Shown here one piece after another: positions 23,894 to 33,360 of a DNA stretch of 50,722 nucleotides. Source of the DNA: a virus (lineage: Duplodnaviria > Heunggongvirae > Uroviricota > Caudoviricetes); the IMG/VR virus record IMGVR_UViG_3300031992_004563, positions 329,798-380,519 of that record; one strand, written 5' to 3'. Below the pieces are notes generated by a model. The model did not search any database. It was given only the letters and a program-made list of their open reading frames with translations, and was not told the origin of the DNA. Every line of letters starts with the position of its first letter. Position 1 is the stretch's first letter. The position numbers and the translations under genes are program-made.

Positions 23894-24754
23894 ATGAAAG
23901 ATGTCAATTCAAAACAATTAGTAACATTTAGTTATCATGGAGAGCCTATGCGTAAAATGACAAAAGCTCAAATGAAAAAATATATTGAGCATCGAAACGC
24001 ATGTGAAGAAATATATAAAGGCCTATTAACTACTCATGTTTTTGATGATGCAAATTCTGATAAAGAAAAACTTGATGTTTTAATAGATATGTGTTGTGGA
24101 ATTCAAACTGAGATTTGCCACATGGCAGATAGCATTAAAGAATATGCAAAAAGTGCCAAAGAATATTCAAAAACAATGACACCACAAATGTTTAGAGACG
24201 CAATGCAATTTGTTAAAAATCATTCACCAAAAACACAAGATGGTAAATCTACAGATGAAAAGAAAACAGAAGATAAATTTAAAGTTGATGTTTTTAAACA
24301 TAGCTTTAAACGAAATTTATGTCAAACCTTTTTATCATTTGGTAAAATTACTGTCCCTGATGAAAAATCTATTGAACTTCAATTAATTCCATCTGTACAA
24401 ACAATTGAAAATAAAGAGCTTGAAAAAGATCTAAAAATGTGTGCAGGTTGGAGAGATATTATGGATAGCCAATTTTATCCTGAATATCGATTATACGCAA
24501 TGGCAGCTGAACATCTTTCTCATGGCGATTTGGATTATGCACGTTTTAAAACACTTGTAAATTATCATCATTATGGAGCGTTAGATCCCAAAAATGAATT
24601 TTTTAGAAATTCATATTCAAAACCATTAATTCAATTTATGGATGCATATAAATTATGTGAAAAATACGGGTATGAAGATTTTTTCAGTGAAGTTAAAAAT
24701 TATTTCTATGAAATGTTTATGAAAGAACAAGAAAATGAAAGTGAATGTGCATAA
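23894..24754 (+). CDS. Hypothetical protein (early)
   Basis: Intact 286-aa TAG-free ORF. Confidence 0.8.
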   Translation: MKDVNSKQLVTFSYHGEPMRKMTKAQMKKYIEHRNACEEIYKGLLTTHVFDDANSDKEKLDVLIDMCCGIQTEICHMADSIKEYAKSAKEYSKTMTPQMFRDAMQFVKNHSPKTQDGKSTDEKKTEDKFKVDVFKHSFKRNLCQTFLSFGKITVPDEKSIELQLIPSVQTIENKELEKDLKMCAGWRDIMDSQFYPEYRLYAMAAEHLSHGDLDYARFKTLVNYHHYGALDPKNEFFRNSYSKPLIQFMDAYKLCEKYGYEDFFSEVKNYFYEMFMKEQENESECA

Positions 24755-24777
24755 ACATTTAAATTGAAATTGTATAG

Positions 24778-24806
24778 GAGAATCAATGAAAATTGGTTCT
24801 CTTTTT
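24778..24806 (+). terminator. Intrinsic terminator, copy 2 of the 29-bp direct repeat
   Basis: GAGAATCAATGAAAATTGGTTCTCTTTTT, identical to 23363-23391. Confidence 0.8.
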
Positions 24807-24869
24807 GATTTATAAAAACTTAATTATGTATTAAACATATAATATATAATAAAAATATGTGTTTGAAAC

Positions 24870-25991
24870 ATGGGAATAAAGGAAATAGACGTTAAGGCAT
24901 CACACATTTTAATGATTTCAGATATTCATTTTGGTGCTCATGTTAATTCAGAAGAGTGGCAAGAGAATATGAAAAATTACTTCTATGGGTTCTTTATCCC
25001 AAAGATAAAGGAATTAAAAACAACCCTAAAAGAAGATGAGAGAGTGATTCTTGTTAACCTCGGTGATACTTTTAATGACAGAAAAGCAATTGATATTAAT
25101 GTATATAATTTAGCAATTGATATATTTGAAGATATAGCTAAAGAAATTGATGTATATACATTAAATGGTAATCATGATTTAGCTAAAAAGACTAATGAAG
25201 GCAATACTTCTCTTAGAGCAATTCAATATATTCCTAATGTGACTTTAATTACAGATCCAACTTTATTGAATATTAATTATGAAGGCGGGAAACATACTAA
25301 GATTATTGCAGTTCCATTTTTAGGTGATCATTCTCAAGAAACTAAATATTTAATGGAAAATGCAAAGGCTAAATATGCATTTATGCATACAGATTTAGCA
25401 GCAATGAAATATGATAATGGAATGCTTATTACAGAAGGCGTTAATACTGATGTATTTAGTGGTATTGTATATTCAGGACATATTCATAAACGCCAAGAAA
25501 CAAAAAAATGTATATATGTAGGTTCTCCATATCATATTAGTAAAAGTGATATTGGAAATCAAAAAGGATTGTATTTACTTAATCTTAAAACTAATAAACA
25601 TGAATTTATTGAAAATCATTATAGTCCAATATATCATAGTTTATTAATGGAAAAATATATTGAAATGTCTATTGGAGAACGACAAGAATTTCTAAACAAC
25701 AATTATAATTATATTATCATTAAAGAAGAAAATATTCCAGAATATAAAAAGAAATTTGATATTTATAATTTAGGAATTGGAACAACTGCAAAATTTGTCA
25801 AACCTGTTATTAATAAACAAACTCTAAGTGTTAATGTTGATGAGAATATAGAATATAAAGAAAAAACAATATCAGAATTAATAAATGAATCTATTAATGA
25901 TTTAGATGTTGCAGAAGAATTCAAATTACAATTAATAAAAACAAGTGATCAATATTTGAAAGAAGCTGAAGCAGAAATTGCAAATGACTAA
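24870..25991 (+). CDS. gp47: Recombination endonuclease subunit (gp47/SbcD/Mre11-like)
   Basis: SDIHFG, LGDTF, GNHD, SGHIH and YVGSPY metallophosphoesterase motifs. Confidence 0.92.
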   Translation: MGIKEIDVKASHILMISDIHFGAHVNSEEWQENMKNYFYGFFIPKIKELKTTLKEDERVILVNLGDTFNDRKAIDINVYNLAIDIFEDIAKEIDVYTLNGNHDLAKKTNEGNTSLRAIQYIPNVTLITDPTLLNINYEGGKHTKIIAVPFLGDHSQETKYLMENAKAKYAFMHTDLAAMKYDNGMLITEGVNTDVFSGIVYSGHIHKRQETKKCIYVGSPYHISKSDIGNQKGLYLLNLKTNKHEFIENHYSPIYHSLLMEKYIEMSIGERQEFLNNNYNYIIIKEENIPEYKKKFDIYNLGIGTTAKFVKPVINKQTLSVNVDENIEYKEKTISELINESINDLDVAEEFKLQLIKTSDQYLKEAEAEIAND

Positions 25992-25994
25992 TGA

Positions 25995-26029
25995 AAAATA
26001 AAGGAACCATTAATTTGGTTCCTTATTTT
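25995..26029. terminator. Bidirectional intrinsic terminator
   Basis: AAAATAAAGGAACCA...TGGTTCCTTATTTT. Confidence 0.75.
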
Positions 26030-26042
26030 AACTTAAAAAATT

Positions 26043-26462
26043 TTATTTTAATTCAATATTTAAATAATTTGCAACTTTAATTAAAAATTTATTTGCGGCT
26101 GTAAGAGCATTTATCATTTTATTTAAATCAATATTATTATAAGCCACTCCATTTTCCCACTATATATTTATGCTTTTTATATTTTTTCTATAATTTGTAT
26201 AATCAATATTAATTGTAATTCCAGCCTAATATGCATTTGAATTATAAATAGTATCAACCTTATATCCAACACAATCATATATACCATTAATTACTATATC
26301 CTATTTTACAAGCATAAAATTATCATCGCTAAATACTTTTTTCTTAGGTCTATAATACGTTATACGATCATCACTATAATTTTCATTTAACGTTTTCTTT
26401 ACTTCTCTAGCAACAGAAGTCATGATGCTTTCATATAAAGCTTTTTTGTTATCTTTTTTCAT
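26043..26462 (-). CDS. 139-aa hypothetical protein with MKKDNKK leader
   Basis: MKKDNKKALYESIMTSVAREVKKTLNE...; 3 TAG; TAA at 26043; TATAAATA at 26471-26478 upstream; absent from the ORF track. Confidence 0.82.
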
Positions 26463-26483
26463 ATATCATTTATTTATAATTTT

Positions 26484-27422
26484 TTACCATGTTGTTTTTT
26501 TACCAGACTTAATCATATCAATAAAATATTGTTTATCTTCTCTTGGGCAAGGTTGATTAACTGCATCCGTATATCCACAATGCCAAGCCATCCACTGAAC
26601 TAATTCATTAAACTATTGTTTAGTATTATAATGGATATGAAGTTTATATGAATATCTTCCTTCTTCAATTTTTACATTCATTTTATGATTAACCAACCAT
26701 TTAACATGATTTTCAGCTGCTGCCATTCCATCACTAAATTCACCTGGTTCATAATTATCTTTTGAATATATGAAATCAGTTGTAAAATCGCCTTCCATTG
26801 GTTCTTCTCTAGTAATTTTTTCACCGGTTTTTCTCATTATAAGATTAACATCCATTTGAATTCTTCCTTCTGGTGTGTCTTTCCATAAACCTGTAGCATC
26901 AAGCGCAGCTCTAATTGCTTCTGGAGTTCTTTCCATTTCACCATTATTAATCTTTAATATAATATCTAATTTTGCTGGTTGTTTTGGTGTCCAGAATTTT
27001 TTAGGATCCATATATTGACGAGCAATTCTAATACGTTCTGTATCTTCTTTAGCTTCATTTACAGAATCATTTACAGAAATTTTATTAACTTTTTGAATTG
27101 CAATTCTTGGCGCTTGGCCTAATGAATTATCAACATCTAATACATTTGCATTAACTAATAGAGCAATAACTTTAACAACTTCTTCATGTGTTTTGCATGT
27201 AATTCTTACAGACCCTGCACCATAATTATCAAATGCTGGTAATTTGCTAGATAATTTATCTAATACAGATTTATTCATACCATCGCATCTAACTAAATAT
27301 ACTTCACCTGCAATTTCTTGTTTTTTAGGCTCAATATCATCAACTTCATTTAAAGATTGCTTAACTTGTTTTGCAACCTATTCCATTATCTTATTATATA
27401 AATCTTTATTATCTTTTTTCAT
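26484..27422 (-). CDS. 312-aa hypothetical protein with MKKDNK leader variant
   Basis: MKKDNKDLYNKIME*VAKQVKQSLNE...; extends ORF 26613..27278 at both ends through TAG to TAA 26484. Confidence 0.8.
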
Positions 27423-27439
27423 ATTACTTTCATTTAATT

Positions 27440-27745
27440 TTATGCAGGCTCTATCATATCTTTTTCGCCTGGGCCGTACCATTTATCTATAAGTAATTCA
27501 ACACCATCTCGTGGTCCAATTATTTCAACTTGGCTATAGCCATGAATTTTTTCAAATGAAACTTTGCAACCAAATTCGCCAGCATCTTTAATGAATTCAG
27601 CAGTATCAGATGGTTCATCTTCAACAAATTCTCCACAATATTTAACCATTGGAGATGCTTCGCCTTCATTTAAAGCCTTTTTAACTTCTTTAGCGACAGT
27701 TTGCATTATGCTTTCATATAATGCTTTTTTGTTATCTTTTTTCAT
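27440..27745 (-). CDS. 101-aa hypothetical protein with MKKDNKK leader
   Basis: MKKDNKKALYESIMQTVAKEVKKALNEGEASP... Confidence 0.85.
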   Translation of the reverse strand: MKKDNKKALYESIMQTVAKEVKKALNEGEASPMVKYCGEFVEDEPSDTAEFIKDAGEFGCKVSFEKIHGYSQVEIIGPRDGVELLIDKWYGPGEKDMIEPA

Positions 27746-27838
27746 ATCTATAAAATAAACACTTTATTTTTATTATTTATTTTAGAAAACAATGCATCAT
27801 TTTTTAATATAATATTTAATAAAATATGCAGAATAATT

Positions 27839-29509
27839 ATGAAATTTAAAAGTATAGAATGGAAAAACATTAGATCATTTGGTGAAGAAATTCAAAGAAT
27901 TGATTTTAATGATGGTGAATTAGTTTTATTAAAGGGAATTTCTGGTTCTGGAAAATCTACAATTCTTTCATTACCATGCATTGCATTATTTGGAAAAACA
28001 CCAGGTTTGACAAAATCTGCTGTACATAATCGTATTAATAAGCATGGATGGGTAAAAGCTGTTATTGAAAAAGGTGGCCATGAATATGTTATTGAACGTT
28101 CATTCACCCCTAATGATTTACAGGTTTTTCGTGATGGTGTTAATATTAATTCATATGGAACATCTTCTGCACAGGATTATATTGATAAAGAGATTGCAGA
28201 TATTCCAATTAAAGCATTTTCTAATATGATTTCTATTTCTATGAAGAAATTTAAATCATTTTTAACAATGTCTCCTGCAGATAGAAAAGAAATTATTGAT
28301 AGAGTATTTAATCTTGAAGTTGTTAATATTGCATATGAAAAAATAAAGAAAGATGCTCGTGAAATTGGAAATATGATTAATTCTAATAATAATTCATTAT
28401 TTCAATTAACACAAACTTTAAATAATGCAACCTTTGAATTAACAAAGCTTCAAGAATCTGATAAATCTTCAGAGAATCAAGCTACTATTAATGCTAATAA
28501 TATAAAGATTCAAAAAGATAATGATAATATTAAAAAGCTTACAGATGTATTAACTGAACATACTAAAAAACAAACTGATGCATCTAATATCATTAATTCT
28601 ATCAAACAACAACAATATGAGAATAACTATAATATTCAAGTTATTCAGCAAAAAATAAATCTTTATTCACAAGATAAATGTCCTACATGTGGTATGTCAT
28701 TTTCATCTGAGTCTATTAAAACTTTAAAAGGACAACTTGACAATTTATTAAATCAAAAATTAGAAATCACTAAAGATCTTGAGAAAAAGGCAAAAGATGC
28801 AAATAATGATTATAATGCAATTACTGAATATCTTGGAAAATTAAATACTGCAATTTTCCAATTAAATTATGATATTCAACAATTGACTGCACAAAATAAT
28901 GCATTATCTGAACAGCTTAAACAATCTGCAGAATATCAAGGAATTAATAATATCATTAATAATACAACAACTCAAATTAATGATATTAAAACGCAGCTTG
29001 AAAAAGATTCTGCTAAATTAAAAGAACTTCAAATTTTAACAACTGTTTATTCTATTGATGGTGTTAAACAAAAAGTAATTGTAAATTATCTTCCTATTTT
29101 AAATAAAGAAATTGCAGAAGGATTAGAATTAGTTAATTTCCCATATCAACTTGAAATTGATATGAAATTTGAACCACATCTTAAAGAACTTGGAGTTGAA
29201 TTGACACCAGAATCATTATCAGATGGTGAAGAAACACGAGTTGATTTAATAGTTCTTTGTAGTTTATTTAAATTATTGAAGAGAAGATTTCCATCAATTA
29301 ATATATTATCTATTGATGAAGTTTTATCTTCACTTGACAATGAAACGTCTGGAATGGTTCTTGATTTCTTAAGACATTTTGCGCAAGAAAATAATCTTAG
29401 TTGTTTCATTGTTTCACATACAGATTTATATCTTGATAATTTTAATAAGATTATCAATGTTGAGAAAAAAGGTTTTTCAAGAATTGAAATAACAAAAGCA
29501 ATTAACTAA
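27839..29509 (+). CDS. gp46: Recombination ATPase subunit (gp46/SbcC/Rad50-like)
   Basis: GISGSGKS Walker A, CPTCG zinc hook, LSDGE signature, SIDEVLSSLD Walker B and VSH. Confidence 0.93.
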   Translation: MKFKSIEWKNIRSFGEEIQRIDFNDGELVLLKGISGSGKSTILSLPCIALFGKTPGLTKSAVHNRINKHGWVKAVIEKGGHEYVIERSFTPNDLQVFRDGVNINSYGTSSAQDYIDKEIADIPIKAFSNMISISMKKFKSFLTMSPADRKEIIDRVFNLEVVNIAYEKIKKDAREIGNMINSNNNSLFQLTQTLNNATFELTKLQESDKSSENQATINANNIKIQKDNDNIKKLTDVLTEHTKKQTDASNIINSIKQQQYENNYNIQVIQQKINLYSQDKCPTCGMSFSSESIKTLKGQLDNLLNQKLEITKDLEKKAKDANNDYNAITEYLGKLNTAIFQLNYDIQQLTAQNNALSEQLKQSAEYQGINNIINNTTTQINDIKTQLEKDSAKLKELQILTTVYSIDGVKQKVIVNYLPILNKEIAEGLELVNFPYQLEIDMKFEPHLKELGVELTPESLSDGEETRVDLIVLCSLFKLLKRRFPSINILSIDEVLSSLDNETSGMVLDFLRHFAQENNLSCFIVSHTDLYLDNFNKIINVEKKGFSRIEITKAIN

Positions 29510-29523
29510 AAAATACTAAATAT

Positions 29524-30285
29524 ATGGAAACAAAATTGATTGAACAAAAAATTAAAGTTTCTGGATGGAATGAAATATATGAAACAACTATCAAATATCC
29601 AGAAGATTTAGAGTTTTATTATACTGCTGATGAAATTGGCAAATGTAAGCATATTGAATGTGAGCATTATTATGCAATTTTTGAAAAATCTAGATATTCT
29701 GAAGAGATTATTAACAAAATTGTAAATAGTACAACACATATATCAAAACGAGAATTTGGTGATTATATTATTTTAACAGTTACTGAAGTCCATAATGATA
29801 CACCACTTCCAAATATTAGTCGGGATGAATATTTCAAAAAATATAATATTGATTTTTCAAAATACACCGCAGTATTATATACAGAAGATATGTATGTTGC
29901 AAATCTGGCTAGAATTGTTAATTTTAAAAACCCATATAGAATTGATACATTAAGTATCACTACAAAAAATTTATATGATAGTTCACGAAAAATTTTACAA
30001 ATGGGAAAAGATACAATTGAGCTTTCTGCAATGATGCTTGATACATCTTCACAAACTTTTTCTAAATATAAAGTAGAAATTCTCAATAATAATGAAGATG
30101 GTGATATTGTATGGAATATTGCATTACGTAATGCTATGAAAGAATTTGGTTTTAACCCAGATATTTTAGATCATGTCGAAGATGAATCTAAATATGATTT
30201 AGATTTAAAATATGAAAAAGTACATGAAGCAATTAAATTATGGAATAAGATAAAAATTGAACAATTAGAACAAACAGATATGTAA
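29524..30285 (+). CDS. Hypothetical protein
   Basis: Intact 253-aa ORF. Confidence 0.8.
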   Translation: METKLIEQKIKVSGWNEIYETTIKYPEDLEFYYTADEIGKCKHIECEHYYAIFEKSRYSEEIINKIVNSTTHISKREFGDYIILTVTEVHNDTPLPNISRDEYFKKYNIDFSKYTAVLYTEDMYVANLARIVNFKNPYRIDTLSITTKNLYDSSRKILQMGKDTIELSAMMLDTSSQTFSKYKVEILNNNEDGDIVWNIALRNAMKEFGFNPDILDHVEDESKYDLDLKYEKVHEAIKLWNKIKIEQLEQTDM

Positions 30286-30464
30286 TGGAAACAAATGATT
30301 TAAATTATTTTAAACAAAAAATATATGAGATTTCTGGAGTTCCAAAATCTAGTTTAGAAAAAATTGAAGAAGAATCATTGACACGAGATGAAGCTATGAT
30401 TGAACGCAAATTTGAAAAATTCATTGAACACTTAATTAAAACAAAAAGTAATAAAAACATATAA
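30285..30464 (+). CDS. 59-aa protein resembling a short segment of T4-type portal protein
   Basis: METNDLNYFKQKIYEISGVPKSSLEKIEEESLTRDEAMIERKFEKFIEHLIKTKSNKNI. ATG overlaps the previous TAA; below the ORF-track cutoff. Confidence 0.65.
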   Translation: METNDLNYFKQKIYEISGVPKSSLEKIEEESLTRDEAMIERKFEKFIEHLIKTKSNKNI

Positions 30465-30490
30465 TATAAAATAAAAATTATCAAAATTAC

Positions 30491-32530
30491 ATGGCAGTTT
30501 ATAAGAGCAAATTTATAGAAATTGATCCAGATACTTGTTCTAAAGAAGAACTTTATGAAGCTATTAAAAAATGTGAAAATTTATCAGGTTATTATGAAAC
30601 CAAGCAACTTGCAATTAAAACATTTATTAATAGTGTATATGGTGCAACGGCTAATAAGTATTTCGTTGGTTATAATGTGGCTGTCGCAGAATCAATTACG
30701 CTTCAAGGACAGGATTTAAATCACTATTCAGAGAACTGTGTTAATAAGTATTTTAGAGGAATTTTTCAATCACAAGAAGAATATAATAGAGAAATTTATG
30801 TTCCATTATTCGAGTGGATGGAAAAATATGATATTGAAACAGCTAATGATTTTTATGCAAAAAATCAAAATAAAGAATGGGTTTTAATTAAACTTCCAAT
30901 TGATAAAGATATTATTAAGGGTGGGAATATTAATGAAGACACAAAGAAATTATTGAAAAAAGTTTTCGTTAAAACTTCATTTGGACAATATCTTGGAGAG
31001 CCTTATGAAAAAATAAAAGGATTTGAAATTAATAAAGGGAAAATAACTCCAACAATTCCATTGAATACTTTTGCATTAAAAGCAAAAAATTCATTAGATT
31101 CAAAAGAAAATCCATTTGCATATATGGGAAAAACCTCTTATTTGGAAGATGACCCAAGTTGTAGTATGACCGTTGCTGGTGATACGGATAGCGCAATTTC
31201 TTCAACAAAAATCTATTTAGATGATTTTCAAAAAACTATAGAAGATGCATTTATCAAATGTAAATTAGAAAATTTTGATATAGTTTTAAAACTACAAAAT
31301 GGCCAAGAAGTTGTTCCAGTTAAAAATCATACAACAAAGACAGTAGATCCAAATACATTGGAATTAATTGATAGGCCTATTAATTATATAATGAGGCACA
31401 AAGTTTCAAAATCTAAATTCAAAATTAAATCTGAATCTGGAAAAGAAATTATAGTTACAGGAGATCATTCATGTATGGTTTATAGAAATAATGAATTAAT
31501 TTCAATTAAAGCAAAAGATATAAATCCAGAAACAGATAAATTGGTCGAAATTATAAAATTACAAACTAAGCTTTCAAATATAAAATTAGTTGAGCAGCTT
31601 GAAGATTTTCAAGATGAATATGTTTATGATATTGAGGTAGATGATACACATACATTTTTTGGAAATGATATATTAGTGCATAATTCAATTTATGTAGAGT
31701 TTGGTCGTATTACAAATTATCTTAATATAATGGATATTTCAAAAGCCACAAGATTTATTGTTGATATGTGGAATTATGGTTGTGGACCATATATGAATAA
31801 ATGTTATGATGATTATGCAAAGAAATATAATTGTGATGTTAATCTTCAAAATCTTGAGCTTGAAAAAGTTGCTGATACAGCAATTATGACATCTAAAAAA
31901 CATTATGCAATGTCAGAATGTTTTAAAGAACCAAATATCTATTTAACACCTGGTGAGGAAGTTATTTATAAAGGTTTGGAATTAATTCAAGGTTCAACAC
32001 CTCCATTTGCAAAAGAATGTCAAGATAATTTTATGAGATATGTTATGAATTGGTATGCAACTCATACAACATCTCCTGAATTTGATGATATTTTTGCGCT
32101 TCTTAAGAAATATAAAGAAGACTTTATTAAACAAAACCCTGAAGATATTTGCAAAGGTGTATCAATTTCTGATTATGGAAAATTTATTTTAGATGATAAA
32201 AATAATTTTGTATTTGGAGAACATTGCCCAATCCATGTTAAAGCTGCAGGAATTTATAATTTCATTTTAAATCAAGAAAAGAATAAAAAATATAAAATGA
32301 AATATGAATCTATTAAATCAAGAGACAAAGTAAAATTCTATAAAACAACAGATCCTAATTATCCAGTATTTGGATTTGTTCCTGGAAAATACCCATTAGA
32401 ATTTGCATTACCAATGGATTATAATCAACAATTTGAAGATTTGGTTTTAGCACCATTAAATAGAATTATTGAAATTCTTGGGTATCAACCTCTTACTTCG
32501 GATTTATGTTATGTATCATCTTTATTCTAA
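30491..32530 (+). CDS. gp43: Family B DNA polymerase, C-terminal subunit (fingers/palm/thumb), intein-containing
   Basis: Motif B KTFINSVYG, ESITLQGQ, motif C AGDTD^S, KKHYA and YKGLELIQ. Confidence 0.9.
   Translation: MAVYKSKFIEIDPDTCSKEELYEAIKKCENLSGYYETKQLAIKTFINSVYGATANKYFVGYNVAVAESITLQGQDLNHYSENCVNKYFRGIFQSQEEYNREIYVPLFEWMEKYDIETANDFYAKNQNKEWVLIKLPIDKDIIKGGNINEDTKKLLKKVFVKTSFGQYLGEPYEKIKGFEINKGKITPTIPLNTFALKAKNSLDSKENPFAYMGKTSYLEDDPSCSMTVAGDTDSAISSTKIYLDDFQKTIEDAFIKCKLENFDIVLKLQNGQEVVPVKNHTTKTVDPNTLELIDRPINYIMRHKVSKSKFKIKSESGKEIIVTGDHSCMVYRNNELISIKAKDINPETDKLVEIIKLQTKLSNIKLVEQLEDFQDEYVYDIEVDDTHTFFGNDILVHNSIYVEFGRITNYLNIMDISKATRFIVDMWNYGCGPYMNKCYDDYAKKYNCDVNLQNLELEKVADTAIMTSKKHYAMSECFKEPNIYLTPGEEVIYKGLELIQGSTPPFAKECQDNFMRYVMNWYATHTTSPEFDDIFALLKKYKEDFIKQNPEDICKGVSISDYGKFILDDKNNFVFGEHCPIHVKAAGIYNFILNQEKNKKYKMKYESIKSRDKVKFYKTTDPNYPVFGFVPGKYPLEFALPMDYNQQFEDLVLAPLNRIIEILGYQPLTSDLCYVSSLF
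31190..31684 (+). mobile_element. Mini-intein (165 aa) in polymerase motif C
   Basis: GDTD|SAISST...VTGDHS (block B T-x-x-H)...VYDIEVDDTHTFFGNDILVHN|SIYV. No LAGLIDADG domain. Confidence 0.9.
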
Positions 32531-32560
32531 AAAATAGAAGCAAGTTTGCTTCTATTTTTT
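32529..32560. terminator. Bidirectional intrinsic terminator
   Basis: AAAAAATAGAAGC-aagttt-GCTTCTATTTTTT. Confidence 0.8.
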
Positions 32561-32568
32561 ATTATCTA

Positions 32569-32588
32569 TTTTGAAACGCGTTTCAAAA
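32569..32588. other. Perfect 20-bp palindrome (8-bp stem/4-nt loop hairpin or cruciform)
   Basis: TTTTGAAA-CGCG-TTTCAAAA, 31 bp downstream of the stop of the minus-strand Fib_succ_major-like gene. Confidence 0.85.
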
Positions 32589-32619
32589 TGTATTCTTGTT
32601 TTGTCATGAGAAGGTAAAA

Positions 32620-33360
32620 TTACTAAAAAACTGGACGAACATTAAATCCATTGTAACGAATACTGCCATTTATATAAACTCCTTCTTCATTGAAATATAA
32701 GTGCATAGCGTAGTTAGGGTAGTCAGTATAAATACTAGAAGACCAATAACAGCCTTCTACACCAACGCTGTTCGAAACGGATTTACTGCAGTAACCAGCG
32801 GCTGGTAAGAATATATATTTAGAAGAATCTAATTTATTAATAAATTTATAACCATTTACACCACTGCCATTAAAATTTCTTACCCATTTATTATTAGTTT
32901 CTTTAATTAATTCTTCAAAATCTGCTTTAGTAGGCATATGGAATTTAAAATTATATAAATACATATTCTAATAAACTGGATCATCCATAAATTGAAGTTC
33001 AGTTAAATGGTCTTCTTCATTATATTTAATTAAATCTTCATCAAATTGGTATGTTTTCCAATTATATCCATCAGGCTTGTTTGGAATAATTTCGCCCCAA
33101 GCGTAATAATCTCCATACCAATCTTCTGGCTTAGATAATTTATTAGGATCTACACCTAAATTGTATTTGGCCCATAATGTGCCTGATGGAAGACCTAAAT
33201 CAACTGTATACTTATTTAGTTCTATTTTATTTTTAATTACATCACTAGTATTAATTACATCACTAGATACAGAACTATTATCTTCCATATCTTCATAATC
33301 ATCAAGTGCCAACTAGATACCTTTATCAATAGCTTCTAATATTTGTTTATAATTTTTCAT
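32620..33360 (-). CDS. Leader + Fib_succ_major-like (CLec-fold) protein, 246 aa; candidate DGR target
   Basis: MKNYKQILEAIDKGI*LALDD leader; VDLGLPSGTLWAKYNLG, FLPAAG, YWSSS, RYNGFNVRPV; 3 TAG then TAA 32620. Confidence 0.85.
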
